Origin: an uncultured Pseudomonadota bacterium
Lineage (GTDB): Bacteria > Vulcanimicrobiota > Vulcanimicrobiia > Eremiobacterales > Eremiobacteraceae
Length of the DNA: 64,000 nt
Direction: 5' to 3'
Assembly: GCA_963736005.1 (NCBI GenBank)
Contig: CAVTNB010000001.1
Coordinates: 1,056,001 to 1,120,000 of the forward strand
A model generated the notes under the pieces. It ran no database searches and had not been told where the DNA came from. It saw only the letters and a program-made list of their open reading frames with translations. Positions 28,906 through 37,418 of the stretch are shown here, in pieces (positions within the stretch are counted from its first letter, which is position 1; every line of letters starts with the position of its first letter). Made by a program: the position numbers and the translations under genes.

Positions 28906-29367
28906 ATGTCGTACCTCATTCGTGAACTTTCCATCGCCGAGCTGCCCGTGGTCACGGATCTCCGGCACGCAATGATTCGAGAGATCGAGGGAGAGGATTT
29001 GGATCTTGAGATTCCAGGGTGGCGCGAACGCTACGTCGCTTTTTTTGAAGGACATGCCCGCAAGTCTCGGGGGGCAGTCTGGGCAGCCGAGCAGGACGGG
29101 CATATCATTGGAATCGCCGCGGCTTATATGCCGACCAATCATCGGTCCGCAATCGTTGGCAGCGAGCAACTGTATATCTGCAACGTGTACGTCGTGCCCG
29201 CGCGGCGCCGTCAAGGGATTGGCAAAGCCTTGACGCTGCACGCGGTAGAATGGGCGCGCACGAAGCATTGCGACGTGGTGCGCCTGCGGACTTCGCGGAT
29301 GGGACGCCCGTTGTATGAGTCGGCAGGGTTCGAGCCATCCGACGAGATGGAGCTTTTTCTCAGGTAG
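28906..29367 (+). CDS. GNAT N-acetyltransferase
   Basis: NVYVVPARRRQGIG acetyl-CoA motif; GRPLYESAGF. Confidence 0.9.
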   Translation: MSYLIRELSIAELPVVTDLRHAMIREIEGEDLDLEIPGWRERYVAFFEGHARKSRGAVWAAEQDGHIIGIAAAYMPTNHRSAIVGSEQLYICNVYVVPARRRQGIGKALTLHAVEWARTKHCDVVRLRTSRMGRPLYESAGFEPSDEMELFLR

Positions 29368-29481
29368 TTCTCAGATTGGTGGGCGACTTGACAGTCGACC
29401 GCTACATGAGCTTATGGCTCGCAGCGCGAAGATGCTGTTATTATGGAAAATCCTTCGTCTTCTCCAGCAGCGGTGCTCTAC

Positions 29482-29757
29482 ATGCGCCTGCACGTGTGGA
29501 GCTTCGCACTCGCTTGCGCGATCACTGCGTTACTTCTCGGCCTCATCGCGTGGCCCATTCACGCTATGATGATGGCACGTGCGGCCGTCAAATATGGGGT
29601 GTACCGCGGACCTTGGCACAACATGGCAGGACCGCACGCTCCGATGATGATGCATCACGGCTTTGGCGCTTGGCATCTGCTGATTTTTATGGTGGCGGCT
29701 GGCGTCGGGGGTGCGATTCTCGCCGCACTGTACAACGCGTTTGCGGTGCGGCGCTAA
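29482..29757 (+). CDS. Small His/Met-rich two-TM membrane protein; start may be 29443
   Basis: Two hydrophobic segments flank HAMMM...WHNMAGPHAPMMMHHG. Confidence 0.65.
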   Translation: MRLHVWSFALACAITALLLGLIAWPIHAMMMARAAVKYGVYRGPWHNMAGPHAPMMMHHGFGAWHLLIFMVAAGVGGAILAALYNAFAVRR

Positions 29758-31187
29758 GCGCTTAGCTCCTCAACTTCGCTCACCAGGTCCGCCTGAATTG
29801 CCTTGATCGTGTCGGGCTGGCGCATGCAGACGTACGCGAATCGCGCGAGCCCAATCGCAAGCAACGCTAAAAACACATACGGCAAGACGTTGTAGGGCGG
29901 CGCGGGCACCGGATAGACGCTGCCAATGGTTGCGATCGCCAGCATCGCGATGGACAAAATCGCCATGACGATGGGCGTCGCGCTCATTTCTCCCCGTCGA
30001 CGCAAGTAGAGCGGCGAGCCGATCGACACTAAGATGTAAGCGAACAAAAAGCCGAACGTCGCAACGGACCCCAGGTAGCCAAACGCGTCGAGCAGTGCCG
30101 CGTGCGAGATGATCAGGCCCAGCGGCGCCAGCAGGACGACGGCCGCCGCAATGGTCACCGCGACGTGGGGTGTTGCATGCACCTCGTGCGTGCCGGCCGC
30201 AGACGCATGCACGAGTCCATGTTTCGACATTGCGAAGATCACTCGCGCGCCGGCGTTGATGCATGCCAACGCACAGGCGAAAAAGCCGACGGTCGCGCCG
30301 GCCGCAAACAGGGTACCCAGGAGAGGAAGTCCAGCGATGTGCGAGAGCACGTTGAGCGGCGCATTTGACTGGCCAAGCGAGGTCGACTGGCCTTGGAAAG
30401 CATCGACGAGTGTGTACGACATGAAGGTGAAGAACGCACCGACGGCTATCACGGTCACGAGCACGGATCGGGGAATGGTACGCAACGGATTGCGCGCCTC
30501 ATGCCCGAGCGCGGTGGCACTCTCAAATCCGACGAAGCTAAAAAACGCAAGCACAAGCCCCTGGAGCATGGCTTTGGGTGACGCTCCCACAAGCGAGAAC
30601 TGCGCAGTGTCATACAACCGGCCGGTCTTGACGTAAAAAGCAAACGCGAGCAGCAGCACGACGCCGACCGAAAAAAACTCCAGACCTAACATGAATTTCG
30701 TCGAGAGTTCGATATCTCTGTACGCCAGGTACCATGCCCCGACGGCCACCGCGATCATGACGACCACCGTCACCACAAGACCCGCATTGTATCCAGAGAG
30801 GGCGTGCATGAGGACGGCAACGTAGTTGGCGGCTCCGCACAACGTCGCTCCACCGGTGATCAGATAGGCGATCACGAGCGACCAACCCGATATGACGCCC
30901 CAGGTTGGTCCCATCCCCTGCGCAACGAAGGTGTAGAGCGCGCCTGGCGAGGCCGACCGTTTTGCGAACTGGTTGATATGGTAGGTGACCAAGAGCAGGG
31001 CAACCGTTGAGAATGCATAGGTCAGCCATAACCCGCCGCCCGTAATAGCGAAGACCGCTGGAATGATGAGGGCCGGTGTCGCGGATGGCGCGATGTTGGC
31101 AACGGACTGGGCCACCACTTCAATGAAGGACAGGCAGTTGCGGCGCAGACCCGCTTGGGGAATGGGCAACAGTCCTTCTTTGATCAT
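29754..31187 (-). CDS. APC-family amino acid/polyamine permease
   Basis: About 12 TM; AQSVANIAP, SPGALYTF, FVGFESA. Confidence 0.92.
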   Translation of the reverse strand: MIKEGLLPIPQAGLRRNCLSFIEVVAQSVANIAPSATPALIIPAVFAITGGGLWLTYAFSTVALLLVTYHINQFAKRSASPGALYTFVAQGMGPTWGVISGWSLVIAYLITGGATLCGAANYVAVLMHALSGYNAGLVVTVVVMIAVAVGAWYLAYRDIELSTKFMLGLEFFSVGVVLLLAFAFYVKTGRLYDTAQFSLVGASPKAMLQGLVLAFFSFVGFESATALGHEARNPLRTIPRSVLVTVIAVGAFFTFMSYTLVDAFQGQSTSLGQSNAPLNVLSHIAGLPLLGTLFAAGATVGFFACALACINAGARVIFAMSKHGLVHASAAGTHEVHATPHVAVTIAAAVVLLAPLGLIISHAALLDAFGYLGSVATFGFLFAYILVSIGSPLYLRRRGEMSATPIVMAILSIAMLAIATIGSVYPVPAPPYNVLPYVFLALLAIGLARFAYVCMRQPDTIKAIQADLVSEVEELSA

Positions 31188-31220
31188 GCTCTCCCTCGTT
31201 TGGGTGCAGTGATGAACGAA

Positions 31221-31245
31221 CGCGCGAATAAATTCGCGCGACTAC
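31221..31245 (-). repeat. REP family B, perfect copy
   Basis: CGCGCGAATAAATTCGCGCGA-CTAC, identical to 15700-15724. Confidence 0.9.
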
Positions 31246-31264
31246 CCGACATACCTGGCCCGTT

Positions 31265-32089
31265 CTAGTTCAACGAGCCCGTGCGATACCCGCGCGTATC
31301 GATTTCCACTCGTTTGTAGCCGACACTGCGCAATGCCTGACCAATGTGGCGGTGCGCGCTTTGAAGCTGTTCGATTCGATCGGCCGGCACTTCAATACGT
31401 GCGGTCGAGCCATAGTGGCGCACGCGCACGACGTCGTAGCCAAGTGCGCGCAGATAGCGCTCGGCGAGATCGATCCTTCGCAAGTCTTCTGCGTTGATGG
31501 CGGTCCCATGTGGCACGCGAGACGACAGGCACGGCGTCGCAGGCTTGTCGTGCACGACCAAGCCAAGTCGCTTCGCAAGGTCGCGAATGGCAGCCTTGCC
31601 TAGGCCTGCTTGCGCGAGCGGGCTGCGAACGCCGAGCCTTCGGCCAGCTTCTTGACCGGGGCGGTAGTCTTGCGGGGTGCGCCCGTCGTCTGCGTTCGAG
31701 CCATCGAGGACGTAGGCGTATCCACGCTCGCGTGCGATGGCGACGAGCCGCGAAAATAATTCGTCCTTACAATAGAAGCAGCGGTTCTTCGGGTTCGAGA
31801 TATAGTTTGGATTGTCAAACTCATGCGTCTCGATGATCTCGTGGGAGACGCCTATCTGCTTGGCGAGCTCCGCCGCCGCTTCGATTTCCCCTTGGGCGAT
31901 CGAGGACGAGCTGCCCGTAATGGCGAGAACGTTGTCGTGCAGCTCCTCATGTGCGACGGCGAGCAGCGTTGCGCTATCTACGCCACCGGAATACGCGACC
32001 ACGACTGCTGTGAGGTCGCGAAGAATTTCGCGTAGTTTGGTTTCGGCGATTGGTCGCGAAGACACGTGCGACACTACATCACCTTGCAC
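31265..32089 (-). CDS. larE: ATP-dependent sulfur transferase LarE (nickel-pincer nucleotide biosynthesis)
   Basis: PP-loop AYSGGVDS, NRCFYCK, DGSNADD...DYRPG, PCLSSRVP, ARIEVP, GYRTGSLN. Confidence 0.92.
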   Translation of the reverse strand: MQGDVVSHVSSRPIAETKLREILRDLTAVVVAYSGGVDSATLLAVAHEELHDNVLAITGSSSSIAQGEIEAAAELAKQIGVSHEIIETHEFDNPNYISNPKNRCFYCKDELFSRLVAIARERGYAYVLDGSNADDGRTPQDYRPGQEAGRRLGVRSPLAQAGLGKAAIRDLAKRLGLVVHDKPATPCLSSRVPHGTAINAEDLRRIDLAERYLRALGYDVVRVRHYGSTARIEVPADRIEQLQSAHRHIGQALRSVGYKRVEIDTRGYRTGSLN

Positions 32090-32739
32090 GCGAGGTGGTT
32101 GATCCGCGATGCGACGCAGGCTGCGCCAAATCCGTTGTCGATATTCACAACGCTGACGCCCACCGCGCAGGCGTTAAGCATAGCAAGGAGCGCTGCGATG
32201 CCTTGATACGAGGCACCATATCCCACGCTCGTCGGCGTTGCAATGACCGGTTTGTCGGTGAGGCCAGCGATGACCGAGGGAAGAGCGCCATCCATGCCGG
32301 CCACGGCGACGATTGCATTCGCCGAGCGCAGCAAGTCGCGGTGGTTGAGAACGCGGTGCAGTCCAGCGACCCCCACGTCGTTGACCCGCGTGACGCAATT
32401 GCCCATGAGATCCAGCGAGATAGCTGCTTCCGCCGCCACCGGCGCGTCCGCGGTTCCAGCGGAGATGACGGCAACTGATCCCACGCGCGGCAGCGGGCGC
32501 ATCTCACAGGCGATAATCCGTGCTTCTTCATAAAACAGCGCCGCGGGAAGCAGCGATCGCACGGCCGCAAAGGTCGATCCGGACGCGCGCGTTGCCATGA
32601 CCACCGGCGCGCTCTCGGCGAGCGAAACGGCGATGTTGGCGATCTGTTCGTCGCTCTTGCCGGGGCAAAAGATGACTTCGGGGAAGCCCGTGCGCTCGGC
32701 CCGCTCGTGATCGAGGGTTGCGAAACCATCCTCAGGCAT
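32074..32739 (-). CDS. larB: NPN biosynthesis carboxylase/hydrolase LarB (PurE-like)
   Basis: LDHERAERTGFPEVIFCPGK, AGTAD, DVGVAGLHR, AGMDGALPS, PTSVGYGA, VNIDNGFGAA. Confidence 0.93.
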   Translation of the reverse strand: MPEDGFATLDHERAERTGFPEVIFCPGKSDEQIANIAVSLAESAPVVMATRASGSTFAAVRSLLPAALFYEEARIIACEMRPLPRVGSVAVISAGTADAPVAAEAAISLDLMGNCVTRVNDVGVAGLHRVLNHRDLLRSANAIVAVAGMDGALPSVIAGLTDKPVIATPTSVGYGASYQGIAALLAMLNACAVGVSVVNIDNGFGAACVASRINHLACKVM

Positions 32740-32776
32740 GCTCTGGGCTTTGAATGTTCGAGGGGATTCCCTGCAC

Positions 32777-32794
32777 TCGCGAACAAACTCGCGA
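32777..32794 (-). repeat. Degenerate REP family B
   Basis: TCGCGAACAAACTCGCGA. Confidence 0.5.
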
Positions 32795-32802
32795 CCGTAC
32801 GT

Positions 32803-34314
32803 ATGTCGCTGAAGCAGCTTTTTACTTCACAGCCGCTGGATCGCGTTCGACCTGACGAGGAAGGTCCAAAACTGCGGCGTGTTTTAGGTTGGCCCGGACT
32901 TCTTGCCATTGGGTTAGGCACCATGCTCGGCGGGATCTTTACCACCATCGGGGTGGGCGCGCAAGCTGCCGGACCGGGCGTCATCATGGGCTTCCTCGTC
33001 TCAGGCGTTGCGTGCATTTTCGTTGCACTTTGCTATGCGGAGTTCGCCTCGATGGTACCGGTGGCAGGTAGCGCGTACACGTACGCCTACGCGACGCTGG
33101 GCGAGATTGTCGCCTGGGTGATCGGCTGGGATCTCATTTTAGAGTACGGCATCAGCGCCGCTCCGGTGGCGTCTTCGTGGTCTGGCTACGTTCAGGATTT
33201 GTTGGGGAGCGTCGGCATCAGACTTCCCCAATGGGCGCACATAGCGAAACTCGATGCGACTGCGGTTCCAGTTCACCTCGGGCCGTGGCATTTCAATATG
33301 CTCAATTCGATCAATTTGGCGGGCTCGCAGATCGACGTCGTCGCCGCGCTCGGCGTGCTTGGCATGAGTATCCTGCTCGCCATCGGCATTAAGGAGTCAG
33401 CCGGAACCAACGCAGCATTCGTCATTCTCCAAGTGGTTGCGTTCGTCGTCTTTATCGTCGGCTGCATCGCTTTTGTTTCTCCAAAGCATCTCCATCCGTT
33501 TTCCCCATTCGGCACGCGCGGAATCGTGCAAAGCGCGGCCCTGGTCTTCTTCGCCTACATTGGTTTCGATACGGTAACCGTCGCGTCTGAGGAGTCGAAG
33601 AATCCTCGACGCGATGTGCCGATCGGGATCATCGGCTCGCTGGTTGTCGGCGGCATTCTTTACATGATCATCGCGTACATCACGGTCGGTATCGTGCCCT
33701 GGCAGCACATCGAGTCGAACTCAGCCATGAGTCAGGCAGCGCGATTGGCGGGCAATGCTCCTATTTTTGTCGCCTTTGTCACGATTGGTGCCATCGCCGG
33801 CAACATCTCCGTCATGTTGACCTCTCTGCTCGGTCAAACCCGGATTTTCTACGTCATGGCGCGCGACCAACTGTTGCCCGAGGTTGTATCGAGGATTCAC
33901 CCGCGCTTTCATACACCGGCACGTATGACGATGATCACCGGCGTCATCGTCGCCATTATGGCTGCCATCATTCCGCTCGAGAAGCTCCTCGAGCTGGTTA
34001 ACATCGGAACGCTCTCCGCATTTTCCATTGTCTGTCTGGGCGTTTTGATATTGCGTTTCACGCATCCCAACGCAAATCGTCCTTTCAAGGCGCCGGCCGG
34101 TCCTCTCGTGGCAGTTCTGGGACTGCTCATGTGTTTGTATCTCATCGTCTTCGGACTAGCCGTGCCGACGCTCATTCGCTTTGTCGTGTGGTTTGCCGTT
34201 GGCATCGTCATTTATGCATTCTACGGGTACCGTCACAGCCGGCTGCGAACGGAGGTTCTTGCAAACAAGATCGCGGCCGATCCGTCGCAGGGAGGGCAAA
34301 ATGGAACCGCTTGA
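32803..34314 (+). CDS. APC-family amino acid permease (cationic amino acid transporter-like)
   Basis: ALCYAEFASMVPVAGSAYTY, FFAYIGFD, GQTRIFYVMARD. Confidence 0.93.
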   Translation: MSLKQLFTSQPLDRVRPDEEGPKLRRVLGWPGLLAIGLGTMLGGIFTTIGVGAQAAGPGVIMGFLVSGVACIFVALCYAEFASMVPVAGSAYTYAYATLGEIVAWVIGWDLILEYGISAAPVASSWSGYVQDLLGSVGIRLPQWAHIAKLDATAVPVHLGPWHFNMLNSINLAGSQIDVVAALGVLGMSILLAIGIKESAGTNAAFVILQVVAFVVFIVGCIAFVSPKHLHPFSPFGTRGIVQSAALVFFAYIGFDTVTVASEESKNPRRDVPIGIIGSLVVGGILYMIIAYITVGIVPWQHIESNSAMSQAARLAGNAPIFVAFVTIGAIAGNISVMLTSLLGQTRIFYVMARDQLLPEVVSRIHPRFHTPARMTMITGVIVAIMAAIIPLEKLLELVNIGTLSAFSIVCLGVLILRFTHPNANRPFKAPAGPLVAVLGLLMCLYLIVFGLAVPTLIRFVVWFAVGIVIYAFYGYRHSRLRTEVLANKIAADPSQGGQNGTA

Positions 34315-34729
34315 CCTTACCAAGCACCCGCCGCGCAGTCCGCGCGAGACGCTCGCCGGTCTCACGTGGTTGCCACGCACCATTGACAAGATGCGCGCGC
34401 TGCTTCCCGGAGGAAATATCGGTTCTTATAACCTTCCGGGTAGCAGCACCCGCATGCTCGCCGCAATCGGCATCGAGCCAGATCAACTTCAAGCGGTCGT
34501 CGCACGGGCCAAATCCGAGGATGAGGTGGCCAATTGGGTGCTCGCACATACCGACTCCTCAAAATTCGGCGACATGAATAAAGCAGCTGCCGAGCGATCT
34601 ATCAATGACATCGAGCCCGAGCGACGCGCCCGTTTCGCAGAGATGTACCCGCATCACGCGACGGTCTCGAGCGGGCTGATTTTTGACATCATCGATCACG
34701 ACGATGCCAAGCTCTTCGGCAAGGCATGA
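34301..34729 (+). CDS. DUF5069-like protein
   Basis: MEPLDLTKHPPRSPRETLAGLTWLPRTIDKMRA; C-terminal FDIIDHDD; GGAGG RBS. Confidence 0.8.
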   Translation: MEPLDLTKHPPRSPRETLAGLTWLPRTIDKMRALLPGGNIGSYNLPGSSTRMLAAIGIEPDQLQAVVARAKSEDEVANWVLAHTDSSKFGDMNKAAAERSINDIEPERRARFAEMYPHHATVSSGLIFDIIDHDDAKLFGKA

Positions 34730-35214
34730 GCGGAAGCACTCACAAGCGGATTAAGCCTCGTTCTCTTGCCGACTACCTCGCCGTGATGAGCCGCGCCGTC
34801 TATCAGGCCGGCTTGAGCTGGGCGCTCATCGATCGCCAGTGGGATGCGCTCTGCGATGCCTTCGAAGGTTTTGACCCGTCTCGGGTTTCGCGGTACGAGA
34901 CCAAAGACGTCAACCGCATCATGACGCTTCCGGGCATCCTGCATAGCGAGCGCAAGATCAAGGCAACCATACACAACGCACGGACCATGCTCGAACTCGA
35001 GCGCGAGCATGGTGGTTTTCGCGCGTATCTTCGGTCCCGCAAGACGTATGGGGCCACGCTCTCAGACCTCAAGAAACGTTTTGCCAATGTAGGCGATGTG
35101 AGCGCTTACTACTTTCTCTTTCGCGTTGGCGAGCGCGTGCCGTCATTTGGACGGTGGATCAAAACCGTTGAGGGAGAGCACCCAAGAGTACGCGAGATGG
35201 TGAGTTCGGGATAG
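34726..35214 (+). CDS. DNA-3-methyladenine glycosylase I (Tag)-like protein, short form
   Basis: QAGLSW, AFEGFDP, KIKATIHNAR, LKKRF. Confidence 0.8.
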   Translation: MSGSTHKRIKPRSLADYLAVMSRAVYQAGLSWALIDRQWDALCDAFEGFDPSRVSRYETKDVNRIMTLPGILHSERKIKATIHNARTMLELEREHGGFRAYLRSRKTYGATLSDLKKRFANVGDVSAYYFLFRVGERVPSFGRWIKTVEGEHPRVREMVSSG

Positions 35215-35220
35215 GCGGCC

Positions 35221-35640
35221 TCAGCGGCACGCGTAGCGCAAATCGACCCAAAAAAACGATAGGCCGACCACGGCGAGCACGAGGCTGATCGGCAGCAGCG
35301 TGACGCACGCTTCGCCGATCCACAGGGGAATGGCGCGTGCATAGGCCTTTTGTTTCGGCAGCAGCGTAAGGGCCATGATCGCTATGCCCGCTGCCATGAT
35401 CAATGGGATCCACCGAAGCTCGTGGCCGAGGCGCGCGATGGATGGCGTCTCACAGCGACGCCACACAAGCAGCAGGAGCAAGAAAAAGTCGATAAGCCAG
35501 CGGAGTGTGGCGGCAACGAAGACAGCGTAACCGAGCCACGGCAAAAAAAAGCCTGGGTGTGCGGGGGTCATCAAAAGACGGTAGCGCTCGCGCACGCCTT
35601 GCGTATACTTCGACCAAAAGAGCGCAAAACGATAGATCAC
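35221..35640 (-). CDS. Hypothetical membrane protein
   Basis: Several hydrophobic segments; fills the gap between neighbours. Confidence 0.55.
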   Translation of the reverse strand: MIYRFALFWSKYTQGVRERYRLLMTPAHPGFFLPWLGYAVFVAATLRWLIDFFLLLLLVWRRCETPSIARLGHELRWIPLIMAAGIAIMALTLLPKQKAYARAIPLWIGEACVTLLPISLVLAVVGLSFFWVDLRYACR

Positions 35641-35667
35641 ACCTGCGCTCCAATCGCCCTGGGCGAC

Positions 35668-35693
35668 GGGGCGATTTGCCGATCGCCCCCTAC
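35668..35693 (-). repeat. REP family A variant
   Basis: GGGGCGATTTGCCGATCGCCCC-CTAC. Confidence 0.8.
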
Positions 35694-35708
35694 AATATTA
35701 TTTCGTGT

Positions 35709-36176
35709 TTATTTGGTACAGGAAGTTTGCCCGGCCAAGTTGCCGTTGCGCCAGATAGCGATACCCATTCGGTTGGGACCGTTTCGTGTAATGACCTGGC
35801 GCTGCGATCGAGCGCTGCCGCGGTTGGTGTAGGTTCCCGTGTAGGTCATGGTGTTGCCCTGCCAGCCTGCCGAGGTCATCGTCCAATAACCGCCGCTGCT
35901 GTCGACGCCGACGTTGACCCACCCACCTCCGACTGCATCGCTATAGACAAACGAGTGCGAAATGTTGCCATTGCCTTGGCTTCGATACGTCAACCAGGGA
36001 CCAAACTCAGGAGTAATATTGAGATTTCCACTCGTACACCGCCAAGAACCCGCGAAGAATGGCTGACCGCCCGCTGCCGCGACCATCGTCTTCGTGTTGA
36101 GTTCGTGAGCCGATGCAATGGTCGCGAGCGCAGCAAGGAAGAGCGCCATAAAGAGCGACGTGAGAATGCGATTCAT
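35709..36176 (-). CDS. Secreted beta-rich hypothetical protein
   Basis: Signal peptide ending ASA; GSWRC...CTK; GAGGAG RBS. Confidence 0.75.
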   Translation of the reverse strand: MNRILTSLFMALFLAALATIASAHELNTKTMVAAAGGQPFFAGSWRCTSGNLNITPEFGPWLTYRSQGNGNISHSFVYSDAVGGGWVNVGVDSSGGYWTMTSAGWQGNTMTYTGTYTNRGSARSQRQVITRNGPNRMGIAIWRNGNLAGQTSCTK

Positions 36177-36322
36177 CAGATATCTCCTCATGATGAGACA
36201 TTGCATTGTGAAGGGCAGAAAGCGTTCGGTTTTGGTGCGCTGCACTCTTGCAGGAGCGCTTCGCGAACCGTGTAAAGCCAGCTCAAAGAGCCACCGCTCC
36301 TGCATGGTTTGGGGGCGCAAAA

Positions 36323-37414
36323 ATGCGATCCGTTTTCACCTTGCCCTTTCCCCTGGTCGTCGTATTGCTGCTCGCGGTCTGCGGGCAGGCGCGCGCGGAT
36401 TCAACCGTCGTCGACGAGACAGGGCTCATGACGCAAAATGCGATCGCACAGATCGACAATCGCAACAGCTTGCTCCAGAACAACACCGGCACGTTTGTGG
36501 GCGTGCTTGTCCAGCACGGCACGGGTAGCGAAACCGCACTCGACGCAGCCAACGTGGCCACGAAAGCGTTGGGTCAAAAGTTTGGCGCCCTCATCTGGGT
36601 TGCAACAGATTCACAAAAGGCGGATATCGTCTTCGCCGATCAGGCGCTCAAATGGATCACCCCAGACCAACAGCGGGCTTTGCGAAGCCAACTCGCCACC
36701 TCGTTGCGGTATTGTTGCCCAAGCGATACCATTCCCGATGTCGTCGACAATATCGCCACTGCGCTCGAGAACGGCGCGAAAATTCCGACCGATCCTCGCA
36801 ACTACATTCGCGACGATCTCGGGCTCCTCGACGCCGCACACGTCTCGAGCATTGCGGCGCGCGAAGAACAACTTGAATCGACAACGGGCAAGGGGATCGG
36901 CGTTATTTTGATGGAGGAGCAACCGGGCACGACCTCAAGTGCGCTCGCGCTCTCTGACGCCCAGTCGCTCAACGTGAAGGGCGCCATTGCGGCCGTTATT
37001 TGGGTGGCGAGAAACAACGGCACGGTGACGTTCAACATGATCACCACTCCTGCGTACGTCGATGCAATTCCCGACTCAGCCGCCAACAACATCAACGCAA
37101 GTTTTCAGGCAGACATGCAGAGCGGGCAACTCGCAGATGCAATCGGCGCGGCGGTCGACCGAACCGCGGCCGCACTCGAGGCAAGTTCAACGCCCATGCC
37201 CTCTATCGCGCCATTGCAAAGCCCCGAAAATCCCGCAGCGAGCGGCTCCCCCTGGGAAACCGTTGGGGCAACGCCAGCTGGAGCGCCCAACCCAACGACC
37301 GTGCAATCCGGCACGTCAAGCACTTCAAGCGCATCAACTGCGTTCTTGCTCCTCATCGGCTTCGCAGTGCTCATCTTGATCGTGACCATGGCGCTACGTC
37401 GCCGCAACCAATAG
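36323..37414 (+). CDS. Tandem TPM-domain membrane-anchored protein
   Basis: Two repeats beginning VVDETGLM and IRDDLGLL; Pro/Ser/Thr linker; C-terminal TM followed by RRR. Confidence 0.75.
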   Translation: MRSVFTLPFPLVVVLLLAVCGQARADSTVVDETGLMTQNAIAQIDNRNSLLQNNTGTFVGVLVQHGTGSETALDAANVATKALGQKFGALIWVATDSQKADIVFADQALKWITPDQQRALRSQLATSLRYCCPSDTIPDVVDNIATALENGAKIPTDPRNYIRDDLGLLDAAHVSSIAAREEQLESTTGKGIGVILMEEQPGTTSSALALSDAQSLNVKGAIAAVIWVARNNGTVTFNMITTPAYVDAIPDSAANNINASFQADMQSGQLADAIGAAVDRTAAALEASSTPMPSIAPLQSPENPAASGSPWETVGATPAGAPNPTTVQSGTSSTSSASTAFLLLIGFAVLILIVTMALRRRNQ

Positions 37415-37418
37415 GACG

